Shown: positions 1 through 8,564 of the stretch, piece after piece
Position numbering within the stretch: the first letter of the stretch is position 1
Layout: every line of letters starts with the position of its first letter
Assembly: GCA_016218565.1 (NCBI GenBank)
Contig: JACRDM010000071.1
Span: forward strand, 1 to 49,211
Source: Elusimicrobiota bacterium
Lineage (GTDB): Bacteria; CAYTYR01; UBA6262
Length of the DNA stretch: 49,211 bases
Direction of reading: 5' to 3'
The notes under the pieces: model-generated
Told to the model about the DNA's origin: nothing
What the model saw: only the letters and a program-made list of their open reading frames with translations
The model's database searches: none
Made by a program: the position numbers and the translations under genes

Positions 1-26
1 AATATATCAGTTGCGACCGGGCGACG

Positions 27-1331
27 GTGTTTATACTTGATAAAAATGAACAGGTTTATCGCAGCCGGTTTATTATTGATCAGCAAGGTCGGATCGAGCT
101 GGAAGAAAATATCTCCAGCGCCAGCAGCGACCGGGAATTGGCAGATTTGGTTTTAGGTAACCGGTGGTTAGTAGTCACCGCCGAAGGATTAAGCGCTTAC
201 CTGCCTTTAAAGAATGAACGTGGCGTGTTCGGGCTGGTCCGGGTGGACAATGTGGCGACCCGTACTCCTTTGAGCGAAGATCAGCTGAAACATTTCCAGG
301 ATTTTGTTTCCAAATTCGGAATCGGCGTCGAGAGCGCGTTGCTGCAGGAACGGAACCAGAACCTGACTGATGAACTGCTGATCTTGTCTAAGATCAATAA
401 TTCCATCGTCCGGACGATGGACTTGGGCGAAGCGCTGGAAATTATCCTGAAAAATATCGTCAAGCATTTGGGTGTGGACCGGGTCAGGTTATTTTTGATC
501 GAACATGATAAAAATATTCTGCAGGGGAAAATAGCGGTTGATCGCCAGGGGACCATTCGTTCTATTGAGGAATATAAATACCCGGTTAAACCAGGCGGGA
601 ACGAAGTAGTGGAGGCGCTCTTCTCTAAACGAGTTGACGATATCCGTCAGAAACCGATTATTAATCTGCCCATCAAAACCAGAGATGAATATCTCGGCGT
701 GCTCACCATTGATAATGTATTCTCCAAGCAACTTCTCGCCGCGGAAGACGAAAAATATCTCCTGCTTTTTGCCAATCAACTCGGGACCGCTATCCAGAGC
801 ATCCGCCTGGCTAAAAAAATGGCAGAAGCCACCATCATCGATAGCCTGACCAGGCTTTATGTGCAAAAGTATTTTAACCAAAGACTGGGCGAAGAATTAG
901 CCCGGGCGCGGAGATTTAAACAAGAGCTATCCCTGTTGCTGCTGGATGTGGACCATTTCAAAGTATACAATGATACCTATGGCCATCCGGTAGGCGATAC
1001 TATTTTACAGGAGTTAGCCAAGATCGTCATAAACAATACCCGTGAAGTTGATTTTGCCGCCCGTTTTGAAGGAGATGGGGTAGCGATGATTTTACCCAAT
1101 ACGCCGCGGGAGGGATCAAGGTCAGTGGCTTCCCGGATCAGACAATTGATCGAGAATCATGGCTTTGTCGTGCCTAACGGAGTGATAAACATAACCATAA
1201 CTCTCGGTGTAGCCACCTTCCCAGGGGACACTGATGATAAAGAAGAATTGCTGAAAATATGTCAGGAAGCGCTTAACTGTGGCAAGGCTCATGGTCGTAA
1301 CCAAGTGATACTTTACTCGGAAATATTCTAA
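27..1331 (+). CDS. GAF-domain protein with a degenerate GGDEF (diguanylate-cyclase-like) domain. The frame is open to the 5' window edge, so the N-terminus may be incomplete.
   Basis: 434-aa ORF. The C-terminal half has the GGDEF-domain pattern LLLLDVDHFKVYNDTYGHPVGD...REVDFAARFEGDGVAMILP. The signature reads EGDGV (nt 1068-1082) instead of GGDEF. An RxxD motif (REVD, nt 1041-1052) sits 5 residues upstream. There is no in-frame stop upstream of nt 27. Confidence 0.8.
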   Translation: MFILDKNEQVYRSRFIIDQQGRIELEENISSASSDRELADLVLGNRWLVVTAEGLSAYLPLKNERGVFGLVRVDNVATRTPLSEDQLKHFQDFVSKFGIGVESALLQERNQNLTDELLILSKINNSIVRTMDLGEALEIILKNIVKHLGVDRVRLFLIEHDKNILQGKIAVDRQGTIRSIEEYKYPVKPGGNEVVEALFSKRVDDIRQKPIINLPIKTRDEYLGVLTIDNVFSKQLLAAEDEKYLLLFANQLGTAIQSIRLAKKMAEATIIDSLTRLYVQKYFNQRLGEELARARRFKQELSLLLLDVDHFKVYNDTYGHPVGDTILQELAKIVINNTREVDFAARFEGDGVAMILPNTPREGSRSVASRIRQLIENHGFVVPNGVINITITLGVATFPGDTDDKEELLKICQEALNCGKAHGRNQVILYSEIF

Positions 1332-1366
1332 GCTACTAAGCTTAAGAAGCAGGTAAACAATCGCCA

Positions 1367-3907
1367 ATGACCATTAACCACATCTTCAACCTTTTTTTGC
1401 TGTTCTTCATAGGTATAATTACGGTCCTGCTGACCGGAATTTTTTTACAAAACAGGGGTTTAAAGAAGATCAGTCCGAAGGATGAAGAACCAGACTTAGG
1501 TCTGGCTGAGTTCAGCGTGGAAACTGAAATCGCGGTAAGCGTACTGAGTGAGGGCGTAGACGCAGTAGTGGCCTGTGACCTGACTGAAGCTATGACGTTT
1601 GTTAATTACCGTGGTGAAAAATTTCTAGAATATACCGCGGTAGAATTGCGGGGAAAAAACCTGCTGACCGTGGTGGCTGAACCGGCCCGCGCAGATTTAA
1701 AAAAGGAAATCAGTTTCCGTCAAGCTAACGAGTACCGGGTTATCCAAACGACCCTGCTCTCTAAGAACAATCGGCGCCTTGAGGTTATGGTCAAGATGCT
1801 GCCACTTTATCATAACGGTAAGATCGCCGGGTCTATTTATCTTTTCACTGACATTTCTTTCCTTAAACAAGCCGAAAAAGAAACTCAACTGCAGCAAAAA
1901 GAGCTCCAATCCCTGATTAAGCTGTGCGCGATGCTGGGCGCGAGCCTGGACCTCAAAGAAGTCCTGGATTTTATCGTCAAAGCCATTACTGAATTTGCCA
2001 GAGCTGACGCGTGTACCTTGCGCTTACTCAGCGACGACGGGCAGGACCTGGTTTTGAGCGCCAGCTATGGAGTCGAAGTTAGCCATCATCCGGAAAAAGT
2101 ACGCCTGGACGGCAGTATTACCGGCCAGGTGGTACAGGGAAAAAGAGTCGTCATTATTCCTGATCTCAGCCAGGAATCCACGTATCAGTCTTCCCCGATC
2201 GTAGCTGAAGAAAAAATGGCTTCGCTGTTATGCATTCCACTGGTGGTGAAAAATACCGCTAAAGGGGCTTTTTGCCTTTATACCAAACAAACCTGCCAAT
2301 TTACCCAGCGCCAAATTGACCTGGTCAAAGCCTTTGCCGACCAGGCGGCTATTGCTCTGGAAAATGCCCGGCTCTATTCCCAGGAACAGCAAATGGTAGT
2401 TAAATTGAGGGAATTAAATCAAGCCAAGAGTGATTTTCTCTCCATGGTCTCACATGAACTGCGTTCGCCGCTGACCTCGATCAAGGGCTATACCGCGCTG
2501 ATGCTGGCTGGTCATGCTGGCGAGACCAACGAAAGCCAAAAAAGATTTTTAAAAATAGTGGAAGAGCAAAGCGATCACCTGACCAACCTGATCACCGAAC
2601 TGCTTAACCTGTCCAGGATCGAGGCCGGACAGGTAAGAATGAACAAATCTTCGCTTAGCCTTAAAGCTCTGACTGAAACTATCGTGGACCGTCTGCGTTC
2701 CCACTTTGAGCAAAAAAAGATAAATTTGACCGCGATCATCCAGGATGATCTGCCTTTTGTCTACGCGGATAAGGATAAACTAATTCAGGTGTTGGCTAAT
2801 TTCCTGACCAATGCTTTGAAGTTTACGCCTGAAAATGGCCGGGTGATCATTGAAATATTCGAGAAGGATAAAAATGTGGAGGCGCGTATCAGTGATACCG
2901 GGATTGGTATTCTGCCGGGAGAGTTAGAGAAAATATTCGAAAAGTTCTACCAGGTTGATTCTTCTTCCACCCGGCAGACTGGCGGCGCCGGTTTAGGGCT
3001 GGCTATCGTCAAGCGTATCGTCGAGATGCATGCCGGAAAAGTCTGGGCTGAAAGTGACGGGCCAAATAAGGGCAGCCATTTTTGTTTCCTCCTGCCGGCT
3101 TTCCGTCCCATGACTAGTGATAGAGAACTAGTGAGGGCTAGCCGTTCCAAGCGGGACCTGCCCGGGCAAAAAACTATCTTATTGGTTGATGCCGAACAGG
3201 ATATATTAAACTTGCATAAAATTTATCTCGAAGACGAGGGCTATCATGTCATTTGGGCACTGACCGGACAGCAGGCTATCGCCCGTTCCCGGTCCGACCG
3301 GCCCGATTTGATCTTATTAGATATTAAATTGCCGGATCTAGACGGTATACAGGTATTAAAAACGCTTAAAGATGACCCGCAAACCAAAAACATCGCGGTC
3401 CTAATTGTTTCTGTTTTACCTGACCGGGAAAACCAGACCCGGCTGTTAGGGATTAATGATTACCTGACAAAACCAGTCGACAAAAAGCAGCTCTTGGCTA
3501 AAGTCAGCGAAACACTGGGAGAGCGCGGTGCGAAAAAACGGGGCACCGTGTTAATTGCTGATGACGAACCGAATGTCGTTGAATCGATCAAGATCAGCCT
3601 GCAGGAAGAAGGGTATAATACCAAAGTGGCCATTGATGGGGAAGAAGCTTTGGCCAAAACCAAAGAACTGAAGCCTGATTTGCTCCTGTTAGATGTGATG
3701 ATGCCCAAAATCGACGGTTATGAAGTGCTTAAAACCCTGAAGAGCGATCCTGATTTATTTATTCAAAAAATACCGGTTATTATAATCTCAGCCCGTAAAA
3801 TGGCAGAAGATAAACGCCAAGGCCTGGATCTGGGCGCGGCCAAGTATATAACCAAGCCGTTTAAAGTGAAAGAATTGTTGTCTGAAATAGCCAGAATTAT
3901 TGGATAA
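1367..3907 (+). CDS. Hybrid sensor histidine kinase (TM, PAS-like, GAF-like, HisKA, HATPase, two receiver domains)
   Basis: 846-aa ORF with an N-terminal hydrophobic helix. H-box SHELRSPLTSIKGY. ATPase boxes NALKFTPENGRV, SDTGIGI and GGAGLGLAIV. Two receivers: LLVDAEQD...LLDIKLPDLDG...LTKPV and VLIADDEP...LLDVMMPKIDG...ITKPF. Confidence 0.9.
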   Translation: MTINHIFNLFLLFFIGIITVLLTGIFLQNRGLKKISPKDEEPDLGLAEFSVETEIAVSVLSEGVDAVVACDLTEAMTFVNYRGEKFLEYTAVELRGKNLLTVVAEPARADLKKEISFRQANEYRVIQTTLLSKNNRRLEVMVKMLPLYHNGKIAGSIYLFTDISFLKQAEKETQLQQKELQSLIKLCAMLGASLDLKEVLDFIVKAITEFARADACTLRLLSDDGQDLVLSASYGVEVSHHPEKVRLDGSITGQVVQGKRVVIIPDLSQESTYQSSPIVAEEKMASLLCIPLVVKNTAKGAFCLYTKQTCQFTQRQIDLVKAFADQAAIALENARLYSQEQQMVVKLRELNQAKSDFLSMVSHELRSPLTSIKGYTALMLAGHAGETNESQKRFLKIVEEQSDHLTNLITELLNLSRIEAGQVRMNKSSLSLKALTETIVDRLRSHFEQKKINLTAIIQDDLPFVYADKDKLIQVLANFLTNALKFTPENGRVIIEIFEKDKNVEARISDTGIGILPGELEKIFEKFYQVDSSSTRQTGGAGLGLAIVKRIVEMHAGKVWAESDGPNKGSHFCFLLPAFRPMTSDRELVRASRSKRDLPGQKTILLVDAEQDILNLHKIYLEDEGYHVIWALTGQQAIARSRSDRPDLILLDIKLPDLDGIQVLKTLKDDPQTKNIAVLIVSVLPDRENQTRLLGINDYLTKPVDKKQLLAKVSETLGERGAKKRGTVLIADDEPNVVESIKISLQEEGYNTKVAIDGEEALAKTKELKPDLLLLDVMMPKIDGYEVLKTLKSDPDLFIQKIPVIIISARKMAEDKRQGLDLGAAKYITKPFKVKELLSEIARIIG

Positions 3908-4280
3908 AAGCCGCTGAAAAAAATCTGGCTCGTTGATGATGACCCGTTAATATTGGATTTATTTGAATTTGGTTTTGAGCCAGCCAGGGTTGAGATTATC
4001 CGCGCTCATAACGGCCGGGAAGGGTTGGAGAAAGCCTTAAAAAAAAGAAACAGTGGACTTGATCCTGCTAGCCGTAAGGCGGCCGGATCTTAATGGTTAT
4101 GAAGTGTGCCGGCAGATCAAAAACAATCCTGCCACCAGAGCCGCTAAGGTGATCATGGTTTCGGCTAAGGCACAAAAAGAAGAAATTGAGGCCGAGCTCC
4201 AAGCCGGGGCAGACGAATATATTACCAAACCCTGTGATCCGTTGCGCCTGGTGGAGAAAATAACTAAACTGTTGGACTAA
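3908..4280 (+). pseudogene. Decayed CheY-like receiver domain. It continues in frame directly after the kinase stop codon, has no canonical start, has a frameshift in an A8 run, and has lost the acceptor Asp.
   Basis: The frame of the kinase continues after TAA 3905-3907 as KPLKKIWLVDDDPLILDLFEFGFEPARVEIIRAHNGREGLEKALKK and stops at 4091-4093. The rest of the domain (VDLILLAVRRPDLNGYEV...VSAKA...ITKP) is the ORF 4053-4280 in another frame. Removing one A from the A8 run 4039-4046 joins them into a ~120-aa receiver. The acceptor position reads LLAV (Ala codon 4071-4073) instead of LLD. Confidence 0.55.
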
Positions 4281-4343
4281 TTTAAAGCATAGGAGCAACG
4301 CCCGTCCGATACTTGAAATAGGAATTATTAAGAGGGGGATGAC

Positions 4344-4739
4344 ATGCCCGGTAGGAAAATACTGGTGATAGAAGATGATGCTTTAATCAGAGAATTAGAC
4401 CGGCTCAGTTTGGCTGCCGCGGGTTTTGTAGTGGTCCTGGCGACAGACGGGTTCCAGGGACTGGAAATGGCCCGTTCTGAAAATCCCGACTTGATCGTCC
4501 TGGATATAATGCTGCCCAAAATGGATGGATTTAAGGTTTGCCGCATCCTGAAATTTGACGATAAATATAAACACATACCGATCATCATGCTGACCGCGCG
4601 GATCCAGGAAGTTGATAAAGAAACCGGCTTCAGGACCGGGGCCGATGCTTACATGACGAAACCGTTTGAGCCGGAAGAATTAATTAAAAAAATAAATCAG
4701 GTATTGGCCGACGCTGAGAAAAAACCGGGGCCCAAATGA
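4344..4739 (+). CDS. Stand-alone response-regulator receiver (CheY/PilH-like)
   Basis: 131 aa. KILVIEDDALIRE...DLIVLDIMLPKMDGFKV...LTAR...MTKPF. SD AGAGGGGG lies upstream of ATG 4344. Its stop overlaps the pilB start (ATGA). Confidence 0.9.
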   Translation: MPGRKILVIEDDALIRELDRLSLAAAGFVVVLATDGFQGLEMARSENPDLIVLDIMLPKMDGFKVCRILKFDDKYKHIPIIMLTARIQEVDKETGFRTGADAYMTKPFEPEELIKKINQVLADAEKKPGPK

Positions 4740-6436
4740 AAGGTGAAAAGAAAAAGCTTGGCGAAATCCTGGTTGAAGCGGGCTTAGTTAGCAAGCAGCA
4801 GATAGAAGAGGCCTTGCGAGTCCAAAGAGAAACAGGCGAACGCCTGGGCAAAGTATTGGTGCGTTTGAATTTACTCAATGAAGACACGCTGATCAATTTC
4901 CTGGGAGAACAGTTGGGCATTCCCCATGTGGACCTGCAAGACTATCTGATGGACCCGGACACCATTAATCTCGTCTCGGAGTATGTAGCCCGGAAATATC
5001 AGTTGATGCCTTTGTTTAAAATTGGGGATATCTTGACCGTGGCGATGGTGGACCCGTTGAATGTCTTTGCTATCGACGAGGTAAGTTTAAAAGCCGGGTG
5101 CGCGGTTGAGCCGGCCTTAGCGACTGAAAGTGATATTAAGCGAGCCATCGACCAGTATTACGGTGTCACCGGCACCATGGAGGAGGTGATCAAGAAGATC
5201 GAGGAAGAAGAAGGAGAATTGTTAGGGACTGGTGAGCATGAGATAGAAACTAAAAAATTAGCAGACCTGGCGGAAGAAGCTCCGGTTATAAAATTAGTGA
5301 ACCTACTGATCGTAAATGCTATCCGGGACGGCGCCAGCGATATTCACATTGAACCGGAAGAAAATATGCTGCGTATCCGGTATCGTATTGATGGGGTGAT
5401 GCAGGAAGTGCCGGCTCCGCCCAAGAATTTGCAGGCCGCGGTTATTTCTCGCTTGAAGATCATGTCGGAAATGGATATTGCCGAGAAGCGGTTGCCACAG
5501 GATGGCCGTTTCAGGATAAAAGTTGAGAATCGTCAGGTGGATATGCGTGTCTCAACATTGCCGACTATTCACGGCGAGAACGTGGTGATGAGGATTTTAG
5601 ATGTTTCCAAAGCCCTGTTGGGCCTGGAACAATTGGGTTTTGCGCCGGATGTATTGGGAGACTTTACCAGGACCATTAATAAATCTTATGGAATCGTTTT
5701 GGTGACTGGCCCTACAGGCAGTGGTAAAACTACCACGCTCTATAGCGCGCTGAACGTGATTAACACTGTTGACAAGAACATTATTACTGTTGAGGACCCG
5801 GTGGAATACCGGCTCAAGTTGATCCGCCAGGCCCAAGTCAATGTCAAAGCCGGCTTGACGTTTGCCTCAGGTCTAAGAGCTATTTTGCGTCAGGATCCTG
5901 ACATCGTGATGGTGGGTGAAATCAGAGACTTGGAGACAGCGGAAATTGCCATTCAGGCGGCCTTGACTGGTCATTTAGTGTTTAGCACCCTGCATACTAA
6001 TAACGCGCCAGGCGCCGCGACCAGGTTGGTGGACATGGGTGTCGAGCCCTTCCTGGTATCATCGTCAATATTAGCGATCATTGGCCAACGCCTGGTGCGT
6101 AAAATCTGCCTCAATTGCAAGGAAGAATATCATCCACCAGAGGCCTTGTTAATGCAGGCGGGGTTGGATCCTAAAAAAAAGGACTTAAAAGTATATCATG
6201 GAAAAGGTTGTAAGATGTGCTTGGATACTGGCTATAAAGGCCGTATTTGTATCTTTGAACTGTTCTTGCCAAATGATAAGATCAGAAGTCTGATCGTGCA
6301 AAAAACCTCTATGGACGTCATCAGGAAAGAGGCCGTAGGCGCGGGTATGAAAACCATGCGCGACGATGGCCTGATCAAGGTGCTGCAAGGGGTGACCACA
6401 GTAGCAGAAGTGATCCGGGCGACGCAGGAAGACTAA
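4736..6436 (+). CDS. pilB: Type IV pilus assembly ATPase PilB (GspE family) with an MshEN-type N-terminal domain
   Basis: 566 aa. Walker A GPTGSGKTT, the Asp/His boxes typical of GspE ATPases, and a tetracysteine CLNC...CKMC. The N-terminus carries two 24-residue MshEN-like motifs (nt 4754-4912). Confidence 0.92.
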   Translation: MKGEKKKLGEILVEAGLVSKQQIEEALRVQRETGERLGKVLVRLNLLNEDTLINFLGEQLGIPHVDLQDYLMDPDTINLVSEYVARKYQLMPLFKIGDILTVAMVDPLNVFAIDEVSLKAGCAVEPALATESDIKRAIDQYYGVTGTMEEVIKKIEEEEGELLGTGEHEIETKKLADLAEEAPVIKLVNLLIVNAIRDGASDIHIEPEENMLRIRYRIDGVMQEVPAPPKNLQAAVISRLKIMSEMDIAEKRLPQDGRFRIKVENRQVDMRVSTLPTIHGENVVMRILDVSKALLGLEQLGFAPDVLGDFTRTINKSYGIVLVTGPTGSGKTTTLYSALNVINTVDKNIITVEDPVEYRLKLIRQAQVNVKAGLTFASGLRAILRQDPDIVMVGEIRDLETAEIAIQAALTGHLVFSTLHTNNAPGAATRLVDMGVEPFLVSSSILAIIGQRLVRKICLNCKEEYHPPEALLMQAGLDPKKKDLKVYHGKGCKMCLDTGYKGRICIFELFLPNDKIRSLIVQKTSMDVIRKEAVGAGMKTMRDDGLIKVLQGVTTVAEVIRATQED

Positions 6437-6440
6437 TAAT

Positions 6441-6565
6441 AGAAATATCAAAAATCAAAAATATTATATCAAAATGACAATGATAAATTAAAATATTAAT
6501 AAGCCAACGACTTTTTTTCTATTTGATATTTAAATTTTGGTTTGTGATTTTGATTTTCAAATTCT
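6441..6565. repeat. AT-rich palindromic intergenic element, family B, copy 1 (pilB-pilC spacer)
   Basis: The left arm aaatatcaaaaatcaaaaat... is the approximate reverse complement of the right arm ...gtgattttgattttcaaattc. It shares the 17-mer atatcaaaatgacaatg (6466-6482) with copy 25210-25226. Confidence 0.75.
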
Positions 6566-6587
6566 AATATTTTATTTGAGGTACTTC

Positions 6588-7796
6588 GTGCCGGTATTTG
6601 TTTATAAAGCCAGAGATGAATTAGGCAAACAGATCAAAGGGGTCATGGAAGCTAAAACTCGCGAGGCTCTGGCGGCTAAACTAGGTAGTATTGGTTACTT
6701 TGTCACTAATATTACCGAGCAGAAAACAGCAATAAAGCTTAGTTTCGGGGAACGGTTCATTAAGGTTAGGACCGAAGACCTGATTCTTTTTAATGTGCAA
6801 TTGGCCAATATGATCGCGGCTGGCTTATCGCTGCTAACCAGTTTGCGGACCCTTACCAAACAGGTGGAAAACCGCAAATTCCGGGAAGTTATCCAGGATG
6901 TGTACCGGAGCATTGAAGCTGGCGGCACCTTTTCTGATTCCCTGGCCAAGCATCCCAAAATTTTTACCCCATTAATGATCCATATGATCCACGCCGGCGA
7001 GGTTAGCGGCACTTTGGATAAGGTATTAGACCGCCTATCTGTTTTTGCCGAGCATCAGGCTGATCTGGAAGAGAGAATCAAAAGCGCCATGGTCTATCCG
7101 ATCATCCTGGTTATCGTCGGCTTTAGCGTTATTATGTTCCTATCTATTTTTCTTATTCCCATGTTTGTTGATGTGTTTCTGAAAGCCGGGGTCACGCTCC
7201 CGCTGCCGACGAAGGTGGTGTTCATTTTCAGCCAGATCGTCAAAAAATACTGGTATGCGCTGATTGCCGGTGGCATTGGCCTGATGGCGGGCCTAAAATA
7301 CTATGTCAACACCTCTAACGGGAGATTGGTCTTTGATAAATATTTATTGAAAGTTCCGGTTATTGGCTTGTTAGCCAGGAAACTAGCTATTGCCAGGTTT
7401 GCCCGTACCCTGTCTACCTTAACCGCCAGCGGCGTACCCATCCTGGAATGTCTCGAAATCGTCGAAAAAGTGGTAGGCAATGAAATCATCTCACGAGTGA
7501 TCAAGCGGGTCAGAGAAGGGGTCAGTGAAGGCGCTAAATTAGCTGAGCCGCTGCGGATCAGTGAAGAGTTTCCCCCAGACACTATCCAGATGATCGCGGT
7601 AGGAGAAGAATCAGGCAGCCTAGATGTCATGTTGACCAAAATTGCCGATTTCTATGATACCAGCGTCAATTATAGCGTTAAGAAACTGACCACCCTGATC
7701 GAACCGTTATTCCTGATCCTGGTTGGTTCTGCGGTAGGATTCTTGTTAGCCAGCGTCTTCCTGCCGATGTTTGAGATGATGAAAATTATTAAGTAA
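6588..7796 (+). CDS. pilC: Type IV pilus platform protein PilC (GspF family)
   Basis: Three-TM GspF-like protein. The start is moved from TTG 6537 to GTG 6588 (VPVFVYKARDELGKQIKG is a typical PilC N-terminus; GAGG lies 6 nt upstream), because 6537-6587 is repeat sequence. Confidence 0.9.
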   Translation: MPVFVYKARDELGKQIKGVMEAKTREALAAKLGSIGYFVTNITEQKTAIKLSFGERFIKVRTEDLILFNVQLANMIAAGLSLLTSLRTLTKQVENRKFREVIQDVYRSIEAGGTFSDSLAKHPKIFTPLMIHMIHAGEVSGTLDKVLDRLSVFAEHQADLEERIKSAMVYPIILVIVGFSVIMFLSIFLIPMFVDVFLKAGVTLPLPTKVVFIFSQIVKKYWYALIAGGIGLMAGLKYYVNTSNGRLVFDKYLLKVPVIGLLARKLAIARFARTLSTLTASGVPILECLEIVEKVVGNEIISRVIKRVREGVSEGAKLAEPLRISEEFPPDTIQMIAVGEESGSLDVMLTKIADFYDTSVNYSVKKLTTLIEPLFLILVGSAVGFLLASVFLPMFEMMKIIK

Positions 7797-7805
7797 AGAT
7801 TCCGG

Positions 7806-7835
7806 AGATTATTAAAGCAGATTACGGTGATTAAG
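7806..7835 (+). promoter_or_regulatory. AGATTA-rich 30-nt block upstream of pilA, shared with the LTD-gene upstream region
   Basis: agattattaaagcagattacggtgattaag is 25/30 identical to 39276-39305. It contains three (A)GATTA units. Confidence 0.4.
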
Positions 7836-7839
7836 ACTA

Positions 7840-7855
7840 TGGTAAAGGACTTGCG
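7840..7855 (+). promoter_or_regulatory. Possible sigma-54 type -24/-12 element upstream of pilA
   Basis: tGGtaaaggacttGCg has GG and GC separated by exactly 10 nt, as in TGGCAC-N5-TTGC. Only partial identity to the consensus. No enhancer-binding protein is seen in the window. Confidence 0.3.
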
Positions 7856-7856
7856 T

Positions 7857-7885
7857 TTTACACAAAAAAGTGGTATGTTTATAGT
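7857..7885 (+). promoter_or_regulatory. Possible sigma-70 type promoter upstream of pilA
   Basis: TTTACA (7857-7862), 17 nt, TATAGT (7880-7885). The predicted start would leave a very short leader that cuts into the GGAGG SD at 7891-7895, so the call is uncertain. Confidence 0.4.
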
Positions 7886-7904
7886 AGAGGGGAGGTGAAA
7901 AAAA

Positions 7905-8474
7905 ATGATGAGGTTGTTGAAAAGTAAAAAAGGTTTTACCTTGATCGAGTTGTTGATCGTAATGGCAATCATCGCTATTTTAATCGGTATCAGCTTGCCG
8001 CGTTTTAGAGGTATGCAAGATGAGGGGCAAAAGTCTAGGGCAAGATCAAACTTGGCTACCGTGAGAACCGCTGTGGAAGCATATGCCGCTGCCCCGCGTT
8101 CCAATGGATTATCAAAATATCCTGATAATGGAGCTGATACAGCTCCTCAACAAAATGCCGGAGCTGCTCTGTCAAGAGTTGCCGGGACAGGTTGGGAGAC
8201 TACCCGTTTAATGGTGGCTTGGGTTGTCGCTGGAAATTTAGGCACAAGGGGACCGGTAATGCTTGCCACCGAATTGTTTGACCCCTTTTCACCAGCGGCC
8301 GGTAATGTGGAATATGGTTATTATCAAAATAGTGGGTATTATGTAATATGGTCTAACGGTACAGGTAGAGTAAATACAGCTTGTACTATTAGTAATGCTG
8401 GACTTGCAACCATCGTGGGCACTTCAGTTTTTGTCACTAACGGTCGTGATGCTAATAATCAGCAAAGCAATTAA
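7905..8474 (+). CDS. pilA: Type IV major pilin candidate
   Basis: Class III signal MMRLLKSKKG/FTLIELLIVMAIIAIL with Glu at +5. 189 aa. Strong SD GGGGAGGTG. Confidence 0.85.
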   Translation: MMRLLKSKKGFTLIELLIVMAIIAILIGISLPRFRGMQDEGQKSRARSNLATVRTAVEAYAAAPRSNGLSKYPDNGADTAPQQNAGAALSRVAGTGWETTRLMVAWVVAGNLGTRGPVMLATELFDPFSPAAGNVEYGYYQNSGYYVIWSNGTGRVNTACTISNAGLATIVGTSVFVTNGRDANNQQSN

Positions 8475-8490
8475 TTTATCGTAAGGGATA

Positions 8491-8535
8491 AGGTGGCTAC
8501 TTAAGTTTTTATTAAAAAACCTTTGGTAGCCACCT
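8491..8535 (+). terminator. 10-bp perfect inverted repeat after pilA (possible attenuator or partial terminator)
   Basis: aggtggctac (8491-8500) pairs with gtagccacct (8526-8535), with a 25-nt A/T-rich loop. No T-run follows the stem, so it is not a canonical intrinsic terminator. Confidence 0.35.
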
Positions 8536-8564
8536 ATACCTATTACAGGATACTAGGGTAAAAA

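Noticed and set aside
6537-6587. N-terminal extensions MVCDFDFQILIFYLRYF (pilC) and MICDFDFWILIFGTGKNK (helicase, 25253-25306) that look like a shared peptide
   Set aside because: The similarity comes from translating the family B DNA repeat. Canonical N-termini with SDs start at 6588 and 25307. The same applies to 13143-13196, 29235-29297 and 42844-42918 (family A) and to 9476-9613 (family C).
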